Sequence record: SRR22947727_1585
Direction: 5' to 3' (one strand)
Length of the DNA: 37,068 nt
Shown: positions 8,073 to 20,000 of the stretch, in pieces
How positions within the stretch are numbered: position 1 is the first letter of the stretch
Layout of the letters: every line of letters starts with the position of its first letter
Notes under the pieces: model-generated
What the model saw: only the letters and a program-made list of their open reading frames with translations
What the model was told of the DNA's origin: nothing
Database searches by the model: none
Program-made: the position numbers and the translations under genes

Positions 8073-11000
8073 TATGCTAATGCGATTGCTCTTACATCTC
8101 TGTAGAATGGTGCTCTCGCCTCATTGGTTCCAGACATCACAATCTTGAGTTGGAATCCCTGGAATTCAGGTAGATTCTTCTGCTCATACTCATACTCTAA
8201 GAATTCGTTGATGGCACTTGCCTTCACAAACTTGTTAGGAAGACCATTGTTCTTAGAGAGGTCGATTACAGTATCACCGAAACCATCACCATCAACATCC
8301 AGCATATTAGTATAACCAGGGAAGAGTTCCCAAGATGGATCTGTGCCACCCTGTGATGATGGACCAAATAGTCGGTATAGAACACGGAAGTCACAAGAGG
8401 CATCACGATATGCTGTGATGAATACCTTCAATGAAGTGGAAGGATTCTTGATATCGATTCTAGTTGAGATGTAGATAGAAGCGTGTGGATCACCATTCGT
8501 TCTATTTACTCTAGCATCATCAGCGAAGTTTTTGACTGGAGCATTGATTGCGTTTCTCACAAACACCATATTGGTTTGAGAAACATCAATAACAGGACTG
8601 AGGTTTTCGTCCGTAGACTTCATAGCAGCGGCATATGTCAATGACGCCTGTGCTGGAATATCTTCTAGGAATGAAATTTCGTTAATGCGGTTAGCAATTA
8701 GACGAGGTGTTTCAAATCTAGTGTATCCATCGACTGTTGCTGGTGTATAACCCTGATCGATAAAGGATGCTTCTGTTCCGTTACAACTTGTTCCAGTGAC
8801 AGTTCTAATAGATCCGTTGATACTAGTGGTCTCATTTGGTGTAAATGTTCCCATTGATGGTAGGATACGATTAAACTGGAAGTTTTGAGCGATAGAAGCA
8901 TTAGGACCACCAACTTCTGCCTGTTGATTAAAGCAGAGCATACCAGGACCAGACTGCCTATCAGATCGGTCAATCTTAAGTGGTAGTGTGTTGAATGTTC
9001 TAGTATCACCTAAAGTTGAGTTGATAGGAGTTTCCAGGAGAGTGTTGATTCTTCTGAGTGACACTCCACTAATCTCATACTTATAGACTCTAGTTCCTTG
9101 GTCGTGGATTAGGACAGCACTGCCATCAACACCACGAGATGTAATACCTAGTGTTCCGTCACCGTTGTTGGTGTATTCAATAATCTCACCACCAAGGTAA
9201 GCATAACCAAACGATGTACTAATACCTTCGAAGGTCTCAAACGGTGTTTGGTTTTCTACAATCAATTGGTTACTATTGATATTGAGTTGCTCAGTCAGTG
9301 AAGAAGCGGGTTGGTCAGATAAGCAGTTGACGATAGATAGGAACTGATTATCAGCGTGTAGAGCGTGTGCTGGGCAATCTACAACGAATACATCACCAGC
9401 ATACATTGGGTCAACAACACTCGAACCAAGGGCATCAACATCAACACCAGTGTAGATTAGTTGACCATTCTCAGCGATTTTCTTGATAGAGTCAGTAGCA
9501 ACATATCTTTCACCAAGGACATTGGTTAGATACAGAGTATCCGTATTACCAATAGTATCAATAGTGATGACAGCGTCACCACCTGAATCCCCAACATCAG
9601 CAGTCTTAATGCCAACAGTATCTCCGGCTTTATAACCAACACCACCAGAAGCAATGGTAGCGTTAGTAATCGCTCCACCAGATACAGTAACATTGAGTGT
9701 AGCAGATTCACCTAGAGAACCAGATCTACCTAAGACACCAGCAACAGATAGTGAATATGCTTCAGCAGTATAACTACCATCAATGAAACCAGCACCACCA
9801 TCAGTAATATCAATAGATGCCATTGGTCCACCGAGAGCATCGATGTCTGCTGGGACCTTAGCAACATTGGTGAAACCAGAACCAACAGAGGTGATAGCAT
9901 CACCAGGTTGGAAGTTATAGGTATTTGACTGGACACGGACCTTAATCTTTCTTGGTAGAGTCAAGATACCGTTGTTACGGAGACGTGTTGTGTTACTGAG
10001 TGGTGGGTTTGTAAGGAATACAGTGCCCTCTCCAGTAACAAACTTCGCCTTGTAGAGAGTAAATTTGAGGTCTTCAAACTGACTCGGTGTCCAAATGCTA
10101 CCATTCTGTGACTTGAATAGTGAACCATTTAGATACTGCTGAGAGATAATAACCTGACCAGTGCCAGTAGCGGCATCAGCATCAGTCTCCGTATCAGTAA
10201 TAGCTACGCCAGCATCGGTCTCAACTGCTGCCTGGTCGTCCTGCAAGGACCCAGAGACACCGTCAGCGACACCTGATGCTTGACCAGGAGCAACGTTGCC
10301 TTCACCCATACGGGCAATCCAAGCAGTATAGTCGTCAGTAGTTGGTGCTAGTAGAACTAGAGCATATGTTACACCAGGTTCTAGATAAATCGGTGATGGG
10401 AAGAATACTGTTGTTGGAACAGTAGCATCACTAGAGATATTGACATCATCAGGACCTAATACAACACGAGCATATGACTGAACGAGTTGTGTTGTAGGTG
10501 TTCCTAACTCAGTTGTGCGAATCTCAACTGCTAGGTTATCTGTCAATGACTTTGATGCCATATAGATTTCGACTGAGGTCAAGAATGCCCCGGTCTCATC
10601 CACACGGAAGGTCTGTGCCAAAGGATCATCATATCTCTCGTCTTCTTCTTCCTGTACTCTTTGGAAAACAACTCGTCTTTCAACTCTAGTAATATTGTTG
10701 ACGATAGTTCTCGTTCTATCAATAATTCTTCTCTCAGTGAAGTTATTATTGACAGTAACAGTTCTATCAATAACTTCGGTCCTAGTCCTATCAATAACTG
10801 TTCTGAAGTTATTTGTGACTGTGTTATCAATAATAATTGGTGGTGGGGGTGGTGGTAGATCCTGTACACCAATAACTTCAGTCCTTCTATTCTGGACAGT
10901 ACCTGATGATTCAAATGTAGCATCAGTGAAAGAGATACTGGTTGTTCCCAATACGGGTTTAGCGTTTGAGGGACTTGAAGTTAGGCGGAATGTTCTGATA

Positions 11001-14000
11001 CCAGTTCTCAATCTGAATGCTGGTGCTGGAGTTCTATAAGGATCTCTGAAGTAGATAGCACCTTGCAATTCAGCAAATGTATCTGATACCAACTTGAGGT
11101 CAGTTACATCCGCTACGGCACGACTGGACGCACCTTCCAGTCTCATTCCTGTGGCAAGTAGACCATAGTATCTTTCATCACTCATATCAGCAAGTGAGAA
11201 GATATCAATGTTTAGAATGGTAGAGGATCCTGAGTATGCTCCAGGAATAATCTCACCTCTTCTGTATGGGTTCTGTGTATACTTTCTTCTTGGAGCACTG
11301 AAAGGACCAGTCTTATGATTCTGATCAGCAACACGAGCAGCAAAGACCTGTGTGCTTCCGTTGAAACCACGGACAGTCTCACCAACGATGAAGGCACCAG
11401 ACCTCATATTGATTTCGATTAGTTTGGGGATAATATCTGCCCCTGCCTGACCATCCCAGAAAGGATAGAAACGAGTGTGTGGACGAAGACCGTCAGCAGA
11501 GAAAGCAACGTTTCTCTCACGCATAAACTGAGCAACCTCAACACTCTCAACGAATGTCTTAGAGAAGTCACCAGTGGTAGTTCCATATACATTGATTCTC
11601 TGACTACCTAGTTGTCTCGTAATAACAAAGTCATCGCTTCTCGGAGCGATAGACATCGAACCATTATAGAGAATAACATTGAATGGGTTTACATTCTCAA
11701 TTCTTGATGCTAGTGGTTGTGAAATCCACTGCCTCTCACTGTAGTTGAGTGTTACTAGGTCACCAGTCTTTACGGTGTTAGGATCAACTAGAGGTAGATC
11801 ACCATCTAGAGCAATTGTCTGTGAATCAATCCCGTCCTTGAGTAGTAGGCGAATTGGGATAGTACCAAACTCCTGTAGAGCAGCAAGTGTCCCAAATGAA
11901 GCAATAACATCTGCTTTGTAGTCTGGGTTGTTTAAATCTACAAAATTGAGTGAGGTAAAGTCATCGGCAAAGAAACCAGTCTTGAATCTAAGATTACCAT
12001 CGGCATCGGTAATATTTACAGACTCTGCTTGTCTCTCTAGTAGTGATAGTGAAGTTATTTCCTCTAGATTTTCGATACGAGTTTCTAGTCTCCCGATATC
12101 CTTCATCGTATAACGCTTGTTATCGATTTGAATAATCTTAATGTCATTCATATCGAAGACATATGGAGGATACTCGATACGAGCAAGTTCCATTGCTGTC
12201 TCAGCAGGATCTGGAAGTGATGGGTCTCTGTTTGGAGCACCCATAACAACTTGGAATTTGCCTTCTTTAGTCGCAATAACTCTATCCTTTCTTCCAAGAT
12301 AGAAGTCATAACCGAGAGTCATACTCTCATTAGGAGCAACTACCTGCAATGGAGTATTACCTACACTACCAAAGTCTCTCTGAGTGTAGTTGTATGGTGA
12401 GTCAGCAGTCGTAGTAATATCAAATGGTTTGACACGGGGACGGAAGTCAAGTGTGTCAGAAGCACGAATATCTTTCCTTGCACCTAGTTTAGGCATCCAA
12501 TACTCAAATGATGGATTATCATATGAGTTGACGGTGTAGAAATCACCCTTATCATCAGCAGGTACCTCGAAGGCATCATAGATGATTCTTAGTCTCTTGT
12601 TAGGTGCTACGCCATCGTCTGCTCTTACAATTCTAGAGTAGTCATAGAACTGCTCTCTATATCCATTGTCCAGTGTGTATCTGTCAGTGATGTCTAGGTA
12701 GTTACCATCAATCATTCCCTGTAGGATGTTCTGAACACCCGATTCTTGGAAAACTACTAGTTCTCCAACTTCAAACCTGTCCTGACTGAGGTATACAATT
12801 CTAACACTTTCTTGGTCTGGGATAGTAATAACTTGTGCAACAGCACCAGTCACCTGACCCCTGACATACTCACCTCTGACTAGGTTTGCATCTAGAGAAA
12901 GACCAGAAACAAACTTCATCACATCTAGAGTTGAATTCCCAGAATCCAATGACTCATGGACAGCAATGATATTTCTTACATCAGGGATGTTTAGTGAAAC
13001 TTCTTGGTCATCAACACGAAGACCATAGTATGGACTTGGTTGTAAACTGTATCTGTTGGTACCAATACCAGTAGAAATTCTATCTACGATTAGTTCTTGT
13101 GAGCGAGCAACAATCTTAGTCTTGGAGCGGATACCATTCTTAATTGCAGTAACATTAGCAACTACATTAGTTTGACTTGGTGGTAGATTAAAGAAACTAA
13201 TGGCATTGGGGAAGAATGCTACAGAAGTGGAATCGATGTTAACATTGGTACCATCAGATAGAGTAATACTATATCTACCTGGTCTGTATGCAGCAAAGTC
13301 AGAGTTGTTTACCTCAAGAGCACCCGCATTAATCGTCAGAGTGCCGATAGAATCAATACTGAGTCCAGTGACTTGCTTAGTAAATACTAACTCAGAATCA
13401 GATAAGTCTAGTTTTGCAGTATTCCTCTCTTCTAAGACAGAATACAAGAATGACTTATCTTGGTTGAATGTTTGAGACACCATTTGCCTCATAACAACAT
13501 CAATAGTATCTGATGGCAGTGTTCCGTCAACTGAATTGGCGACATCATCAACTGCCTCAACAGTCATAGAGAGATCATCAGCAGAGATAGCAGTAACTCT
13601 GTTGAATGTGATTAGAGTAGCACCGGATTTCTGGTAAGCAATAATATCACCTACTCGGAAACTATTAAACGTTCGTCCACCACAAGCAACTACACCAATG
13701 GAAGTAATGGTGAAACTATCGTCTGGTAAAAAGTTTTCTGCTACTCTAGGGTAGAGAAGTGTCTCTGCTGCGAAACTGACCTGTAGACCGCCATCAATAG
13801 AAGGAGCATTCTGACCCACAGACTTCACATCTTCGGTCTTGTAGGAGACTAAATCAGCAACAGTGATGGTATTAGATGTGGTACCATTAATCGATAGTGT
13901 CTCACCTCTTGAAAACTCACCATCAACTTGAGTTAGAATGATATCATTACCATTTACACTTCTAACATATCCAATGGAGTTGCTACTGAGACCCTTGACT

Positions 14001-15448
14001 TTATATCCAGCAATCAATAGACTTGATGGATCAGCATTAGCAGTGATTTTTGTAAATATCTGTGAATCAAATAGATACAAATCAAATACAGTGGTGGCGT
14101 CCCGATAGGAACCATCGTGTAAATTGAATGAGTATGGGCGTGCTTCACCAACTAGGTTTCCACTTGGAGAACCAGAGGATAGTCTGCCGTCATATAGTTG
14201 AACGATGTTATCATCGTAATCCAAACCAATGGCAGGAGTACCAGTAACATTGTTTACAAGATACTGGTTACCCATTTCAAATGGGATAGATGTTGCAGAA
14301 ATATTATCAGTTGTTCTTGGTTTTGGTGAGTCTAGGTTAGTTGTTCCTGGAGTTCTTACATCATAACCACGAACATAGGCAACACCTGCTTGAATTTTTA
14401 CACACGCTAGGTCCTTTGTAGGAGTAGCACCTTCTTCAGTAAGTTGACCTATAGCGTAGGAACCACCATTACCCAAACCATTGTTTAGAGATTCGTCAAC
14501 GGTTACACCTAAACCCTTGACAACATAGTCTCCAGACTCATCATAAGTCCTCTTAGCAAGGTAATCTTTTAGATAATTATATTCTGTCGCTTCTTCTAAT
14601 TTCTTGATATTGCCTTGGGTGACACGGAGCAACTCAATAAAGTTGGTGTCGTTTGTATCATCGATTGGTTTCTTGGTGAGTTTTGCCGTAATCTTGAGAC
14701 GGTCAGCACCTGGAGCAGAGAAGTTGTTGAAACCCTTAGCATTATCATATAGTGATTCGTCTTGACCAGCAGTAATGATATTCTGACTGACTTGCAGACC
14801 AACTCTGAAAGATGGTGTGTTGGTATAGGGTTCTAGAATAACTAGACTTTTCTGGACCTTTACGAATGTTCCTCTGATGAAGTAAACACCATCAGAAATC
14901 TGTGCCGAAGAACCTGTGGTTACAGCATCCTGAACTAGAGTAGTAGCAAAGATACTACCAGCATTGATTGTTGTATTCCCATAAACGATTGGTGACTCAT
15001 TGATTAGAGGTTCGTTTGTTAGGAATACTCCTGTCTCATCATCAGTACCACTATCCTCATAGGAGATATAGATGGTTGGATTGACTGCAATTTCAGCAGG
15101 AGGGAGGAGAATATTAACTACTTTTGCTCTTACACCAGAAATTCCACCTACAATCTTCGTCCCAATCAGTTTATCCAGATACAAAGATACATCAATACCA
15201 CCTTGCTGGGGATTGACTAATACACAAGTATAGTTTGGGTTATATGTGATGGCACCAGGGATGACCATCGAACCTTCTTTGAAGAAGTGTTCGCCAAACT
15301 TACTAACTTGATTTTGGAGGATTGACTGAAGTGTCGTTAGTTCTCTTGCTTGAACAGGAAATCCTGGTTTGAAGAGAACTTTATAAAAGTCTTTATCCTC
15401 ATCAAAATCGTCAAAGTATGGACTAGTATCGAGATTGATTTGGGACAT
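8072..15448 (-). CDS. Large virion/baseplate structural protein (DUF4815/VrlC-like)
   Basis: 2458 aa. Starts PYFDDFDEDKDFYKVLFKPGFPVQARELTTLQSILQNQ and contains YTMKDIGRLETRIENLE, RFKTGFFADDF, DPLAQTF and GSLFKSQNGSIWTPSQFEDLKF. It sits after gp8. Confidence 0.88.
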   Translation of the reverse strand: MSQINLDTSPYFDDFDEDKDFYKVLFKPGFPVQARELTTLQSILQNQVSKFGEHFFKEGSMVIPGAITYNPNYTCVLVNPQQGGIDVSLYLDKLIGTKIVGGISGVRAKVVNILLPPAEIAVNPTIYISYEDSGTDDETGVFLTNEPLINESPIVYGNTTINAGSIFATTLVQDAVTTGSSAQISDGVYFIRGTFVKVQKSLVILEPYTNTPSFRVGLQVSQNIITAGQDESLYDNAKGFNNFSAPGADRLKITAKLTKKPIDDTNDTNFIELLRVTQGNIKKLEEATEYNYLKDYLAKRTYDESGDYVVKGLGVTVDESLNNGLGNGGSYAIGQLTEEGATPTKDLACVKIQAGVAYVRGYDVRTPGTTNLDSPKPRTTDNISATSIPFEMGNQYLVNNVTGTPAIGLDYDDNIVQLYDGRLSSGSPSGNLVGEARPYSFNLHDGSYRDATTVFDLYLFDSQIFTKITANADPSSLLIAGYKVKGLSSNSIGYVRSVNGNDIILTQVDGEFSRGETLSINGTTSNTITVADLVSYKTEDVKSVGQNAPSIDGGLQVSFAAETLLYPRVAENFLPDDSFTITSIGVVACGGRTFNSFRVGDIIAYQKSGATLITFNRVTAISADDLSMTVEAVDDVANSVDGTLPSDTIDVVMRQMVSQTFNQDKSFLYSVLEERNTAKLDLSDSELVFTKQVTGLSIDSIGTLTINAGALEVNNSDFAAYRPGRYSITLSDGTNVNIDSTSVAFFPNAISFFNLPPSQTNVVANVTAIKNGIRSKTKIVARSQELIVDRISTGIGTNRYSLQPSPYYGLRVDDQEVSLNIPDVRNIIAVHESLDSGNSTLDVMKFVSGLSLDANLVRGEYVRGQVTGAVAQVITIPDQESVRIVYLSQDRFEVGELVVFQESGVQNILQGMIDGNYLDITDRYTLDNGYREQFYDYSRIVRADDGVAPNKRLRIIYDAFEVPADDKGDFYTVNSYDNPSFEYWMPKLGARKDIRASDTLDFRPRVKPFDITTTADSPYNYTQRDFGSVGNTPLQVVAPNESMTLGYDFYLGRKDRVIATKEGKFQVVMGAPNRDPSLPDPAETAMELARIEYPPYVFDMNDIKIIQIDNKRYTMKDIGRLETRIENLEEITSLSLLERQAESVNITDADGNLRFKTGFFADDFTSLNFVDLNNPDYKADVIASFGTLAALQEFGTIPIRLLLKDGIDSQTIALDGDLPLVDPNTVKTGDLVTLNYSERQWISQPLASRIENVNPFNVILYNGSMSIAPRSDDFVITRQLGSQRINVYGTTTGDFSKTFVESVEVAQFMRERNVAFSADGLRPHTRFYPFWDGQAGADIIPKLIEINMRSGAFIVGETVRGFNGSTQVFAARVADQNHKTGPFSAPRRKYTQNPYRRGEIIPGAYSGSSTILNIDIFSLADMSDERYYGLLATGMRLEGASSRAVADVTDLKLVSDTFAELQGAIYFRDPYRTPAPAFRLRTGIRTFRLTSSPSNAKPVLGTTSISFTDATFESSGTVQNRRTEVIGVQDLPPPPPPIIIDNTVTNNFRTVIDRTRTEVIDRTVTVNNNFTERRIIDRTRTIVNNITRVERRVVFQRVQEEEDERYDDPLAQTFRVDETGAFLTSVEIYMASKSLTDNLAVEIRTTELGTPTTQLVQSYARVVLGPDDVNISSDATVPTTVFFPSPIYLEPGVTYALVLLAPTTDDYTAWIARMGEGNVAPGQASGVADGVSGSLQDDQAAVETDAGVAITDTETDADAATGTGQVIISQQYLNGSLFKSQNGSIWTPSQFEDLKFTLYKAKFVTGEGTVFLTNPPLSNTTRLRNNGILTLPRKIKVRVQSNTYNFQPGDAITSVGSGFTNVAKVPADIDALGGPMASIDITDGGAGFIDGSYTAEAYSLSVAGVLGRSGSLGESATLNVTVSGGAITNATIASGGVGYKAGDTVGIKTADVGDSGGDAVITIDTIGNTDTLYLTNVLGERYVATDSIKKIAENGQLIYTGVDVDALGSSVVDPMYAGDVFVVDCPAHALHADNQFLSIVNCLSDQPASSLTEQLNINSNQLIVENQTPFETFEGISTSFGYAYLGGEIIEYTNNGDGTLGITSRGVDGSAVLIHDQGTRVYKYEISGVSLRRINTLLETPINSTLGDTRTFNTLPLKIDRSDRQSGPGMLCFNQQAEVGGPNASIAQNFQFNRILPSMGTFTPNETTSINGSIRTVTGTSCNGTEASFIDQGYTPATVDGYTRFETPRLIANRINEISFLEDIPAQASLTYAAAMKSTDENLSPVIDVSQTNMVFVRNAINAPVKNFADDARVNRTNGDPHASIYISTRIDIKNPSTSLKVFITAYRDASCDFRVLYRLFGPSSQGGTDPSWELFPGYTNMLDVDGDGFGDTVIDLSKNNGLPNKFVKASAINEFLEYEYEQKNLPEFQGFQLKIVMSGTNEARAPFYRDVRAIALA

Positions 15449-15451
15449 CGT

Positions 15452-17008
15452 TTAGAATTCCAAGATGATTTTAACGTCTTCTTTTTGGCGAGGATTTCTT
15501 GGAACAATTGGTCTATTGTCCAAGTATAGAATTTCACCGCTCTGTTTATTTATCTCACTTTGTGCAATGCCATTTGTAAACTCAACTCCAAGTTCAACAG
15601 ACTTATTGGCAACACTTTCAGATGAACCATTGAAGGTAGTATCAACTGTAGCAAGGAATCCAGCATCAGTAATGATGTTATTATTATTGGAGACAAATGG
15701 GATTTTCTCACCTCTGGTGCTAATGCCAACATAGTCAACACTACCATCAACAATCTGGACCTTGCTCTGGTTTAGATAGAGTGACCTGTCCTGAATATAC
15801 TTAAGAACTTTGGTTTCTTCATCGAATGACACAGCATAACCACGGGCAATACCATCATCAGTCTGCTGACTAATAACTTGTCCAACCTCAACTTCACCAC
15901 TGAAAGATAGAATCTTAATAGAATCAGCAGCGGTAAAAGTATTTTCAGTAAATGTCTGTAGAGACCCATTGATTTGTGGGTTTCTAATAATACCAATTTG
16001 AGCGAACTTGGTGTCTGTTGGGAAGTCACTATTTGAATCATCAAAACGTGAATACACCAGAATCTTATCTGTTCCTAGTTCTTCATAGAGGTCGTAACCG
16101 TGTCCTCTAGATGGAGGAATGATGACTTGTAATTCTGCTGCTGTAGTGATGTTGGCATTGATTGGACCTAGATCAACTAGTCCCCAACTATAACCTTTAC
16201 CACCTTTTGATACGATTGCTTTAGTAATCTTACCAGAAACAACATCAATGATGGCACGAGCACCTTCTCCATCTCCAATGATAGGAAATTCTTGACCGGT
16301 TCCGCCAGCATAACCAGCACCCTGTTCAGCAATATAAATCTGTTTGATTTGTGAGTCGTTGATTTCAGAATCACCACTCTCACGAATAGCAGTTACTTGT
16401 GGTGAATCAGAAGTAGACCAATCGCTTGGGACCGTAATATAGTCAGTTGAGTCAAACTTCAAGACATCAGCAGGAGATACAGTGAAGAGATACTTCCAAA
16501 TGTATCCATCTCCACTACTACCTGCCGCACTGGGTTCAGTATCTACAAAGTTTGGTTCGTCTTCAGAACCATTACCCTTACTGTTGGCACCACTAGAACC
16601 GTTGCTCAAACAGATATACACTCTGAAGTCACTGTTTACAACGTAGTAGTTTGCATCGTATAGGCGAGTTGAACCAGTATTTGGTGATACGTTGAATACG
16701 CTATAGTCATCACGATATTGCTCATACCTAGTTCCTTTCACCCAATCGATACGACGAATCACTCGGCGAATATTGCCGGGAGTGATGCGACGACCATACA
16801 TCATTGTGTCGTATGTATGTCTTACATAAGCAAAACTATCGATTGGTGATGGGGGATCATCATTCCAATCGAGAGTTCTACCATATCCATCTCCAACGGG
16901 GTTCGGGAGACCTACAAAGATATAATATGAGTTATTTGGATCTGTTACAGAGGTGACGAAGTTGTCGGCGTTAAACAGCCTAAACTCGTCGGTAATGAGT
17001 GCGGACAT
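15452..17008 (-). CDS. gp8: Baseplate wedge subunit
   Basis: Contains MSALITDEFRLFNA, YYVVNSDFRVYICLSNG and DGYIWKYLFTV, and ends SGEILYLDNR..RNPRQKEDVKIILEF. Confidence 0.94.
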   Translation of the reverse strand: MSALITDEFRLFNADNFVTSVTDPNNSYYIFVGLPNPVGDGYGRTLDWNDDPPSPIDSFAYVRHTYDTMMYGRRITPGNIRRVIRRIDWVKGTRYEQYRDDYSVFNVSPNTGSTRLYDANYYVVNSDFRVYICLSNGSSGANSKGNGSEDEPNFVDTEPSAAGSSGDGYIWKYLFTVSPADVLKFDSTDYITVPSDWSTSDSPQVTAIRESGDSEINDSQIKQIYIAEQGAGYAGGTGQEFPIIGDGEGARAIIDVVSGKITKAIVSKGGKGYSWGLVDLGPINANITTAAELQVIIPPSRGHGYDLYEELGTDKILVYSRFDDSNSDFPTDTKFAQIGIIRNPQINGSLQTFTENTFTAADSIKILSFSGEVEVGQVISQQTDDGIARGYAVSFDEETKVLKYIQDRSLYLNQSKVQIVDGSVDYVGISTRGEKIPFVSNNNNIITDAGFLATVDTTFNGSSESVANKSVELGVEFTNGIAQSEINKQSGEILYLDNRPIVPRNPRQKEDVKIILEF

Positions 17009-17044
17009 CGTATAAAATCAGAGTGCGATAAAATACCGTAATAA

Positions 17045-17051
17045 TATTTAG
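17045..17051 (-). promoter_or_regulatory. Late promoter variant CTAAATA overlapping the gp7 stop
   Basis: TAAATA core about 36 nt upstream of the gp8 ATG. Confidence 0.5.
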
Positions 17052-20000
17052 ACACGCTTTCCAAGTCCACCCTCATTTCTTAATCCTTCAGCAGTTCTGA
17101 CTATCTTTGGATAGTTTTCCATATCATAACTGAAGGTTGATCCGTCAACATCGTTGAAGTTGAGAGCATTCTCAGGGACTCTAACGAGGTTAGAGAGGCG
17201 ACCCCAACTAAACTGTCCGAGGTTTTCTCCGTCAACATCGATGCCGCTGAGGTTAGTGCCGCTGTTTACATTGACCTCAAAGGATCCTGTATTTCCGAGG
17301 ATTCTAACCGCCTGGACTTGATATACACAATCAAGGAATTGTGTGCCCACGCCTACGATATTGACGGCACTGTTTGAGATTGACTCAACACCCTGACCAA
17401 CCACCGTATTGACGACAGAGACTGGATAACCAATCTTGAGGTCAGAGGCGACTGTGCCAGACTCAACAACATACTGGAACTCAATACCCTTGGATACGGG
17501 ACCAACGCCACCAGTTGCTCTAATAGCAGTAATGATACCAGAGAATCCCTGGACATTGCCGATGTCGATGTCCTCAAAGAGGATGCTAGGACTTGGAGCA
17601 ATGACCGTTGGAGGACTTGCCTGATTATAACCGTCACCTCGCTCATTAACGATAATAGCGATGAATGATCCATCGATACTATTCAAGATAGGTGAAGCGG
17701 TCGCACGCGTGCCCGATACTGGGGAAGATATTGATAGTGTAGCACTCGACTCATATCCAAGACCAGCATTTACAATGTTGATTGTTGTAACTTGACCAGA
17801 ACTATTGACTACCGCTTCAAACTTCGCCTCAACGAAATCGGAAGTGATTGTCTGATATGCTCTACCAGCAAGTGATGCTAACACTGGTGTTGGTTGTCCT
17901 GGATGGAATTCTGGGTATGCCTCATACTCGAAGTATTCAGCACTATCCACAAATATCTCAGTATCCGCTGGAGCGACATTACGAATAATAGCACCAGTTG
18001 GTTGGATAATTGGTTCGTAGGAGTCACGGGTCTTAGGTGCTGGGTCACCATAGATGAAGATGTCACGCTTCTGCTTATCCCAAGCAACCTGGCGTGGGCG
18101 AACCTCATCAATGTCTCTGTTACCAAAGTAGATATCAGTCCTTACGGTGTCGGAAGAAGCGATTTCAGTAACAGTCCTAATCTTCTGAGTTCTAGAGCGT
18201 GGGTCTGGGTCAGTAAGAATAGTGTAGTCATTCTTCTTGACTTGTAGTTCGTCACCTGGGCGAATTGACTCATCAATCTCAGTAACGATAAGAGAGTCAA
18301 TACCACGCTTACCACGATAGAAGTAGATGTCAATGTCATCTTGTGGGAATGGTGCTCCAGTAAACTCGAAGGATGTACCACCGTCAAATGTATAGTTAAG
18401 GACGGGCACCTGTAGCACAGTGTTGACATAGATGAGAAGGATGCTGTCTAGGTCAATAGCAGCAGAGGACTCATCACTAGGATCTAACTCGAATGAGAAT
18501 GTTTCTCCCTTATAGATGAGTGGGAATCTAGTTCTACTACCATCCTGAAGTGACTTGATACTATCGATGTAGTCCAATTCACCAAAGTTCCAAGTAGAGA
18601 CATTATCTGTGAATGTGTCTAGGACTGTAAGTTGGAAATACTCTATAGGTTCTGATAGTGACTTGTCAGTGACTAGACCAACAACCTCAACAATATCACC
18701 TGGGTAGTATGAGAAACCCTGGTTGCTCAACTCATAGTTCTTAACCTCAAAGTACTCAGACCTACCAACGGCGATGGTATTAGCAGCACCAACTTCACAA
18801 GTAACGAAGAGGTTCTTACCACCATACTGCTCTTGCCAAGCATCTTGGTCTGGAGCATCAGCAAGTGCCTCAGGAATAGCACCACGACGGAAGATGGTCT
18901 TTGCTGGGAGGTTGTAGTAGTTGGGGTCAGGACACCAGGCATAAACACCATCAGTGTAACCTGTGCCTGGGTTTACAACTACGAATTCCAACTCACCACC
19001 AGGTAGTGGGCGTCCTTCGACAATAGCATCAGTACCCGTATGGTTGTCATCATCGAAACCAACGTTGATGACGTGGTTGTAACCACTACCGACAGAGTTG
19101 ATTGTATATTGACCAATCGTGCCACCCTGGACATAGATGTGGTCGAAACCAACTGAACCAACTAGAATTCTCCAATGAGCAGCGTCATCACGGAAGACGA
19201 GTGGGAAGTGATCTGTTTGATCTGGGAAGATAGTAGTTGTTAGACCTACGCTGATAAGGCGACTGAAATCATCAAACCATCTGTTGGTGCCGTCTGAATT
19301 TCCTGGGCAGGTAAACTCCAATCCATCGAGATAGACAAACTGAGGTCTGTCTCCATCACTACCGAAGTTGAATGGGTTGAACTTCTGCCAAGTACCACCG
19401 CTCACATACGTGTGTGGGATAGATGAAATACCAGCATCAACAGAGAACCTGTTGTCATCAATGACACTGACGACTGGGAATGTATTGTCCTTATCTGGGA
19501 AGATGTCTGTGGTTAGACCAACAGATGCTGTGCCACCAGTGACATATAAGTGTGGGATGGTGGAAGGACCGACATTTACACTAAACTCAGTAGCACTCGT
19601 TACATCAATGACTGGGAAGTCGAAACCAATGCTTCCGTCTGGGAATAAAGTAGTTGTGAGTCCAACTGTAGCAGTACCACCACCCGTGTAGGTGTGAGTG
19701 ATAGTTGGAGTTGGTCCACCTGAGAAGATAGTAAACTCATTGGAGGCTGTTACATCTAGGACAGTAAACTGGTTGCCATATGTGCCATCAGGGAAGATGG
19801 TTGTTGTAATGCCGGATGCGCCAGTACAAGTGAATCCTAGACCCGATAGAGCAACAGAGTCGCCAATAATGAGTCCGTGGTTGGAATCAACCGTTACAGT
19901 AGCAACTCCAATGCTGTCATCGTAAACAACAGCAGTAACACCAACTGTGCTGAGTCCACTGTTACAGTTATACTCAAGATTTCTTAGGTCAACATAGTCG

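Noticed and set aside
10700-10835. Short DNA repeats as a CRISPR-like array
   Set aside because: They are 9-bp in-frame repeats with irregular spacing, explained by protein repeats.
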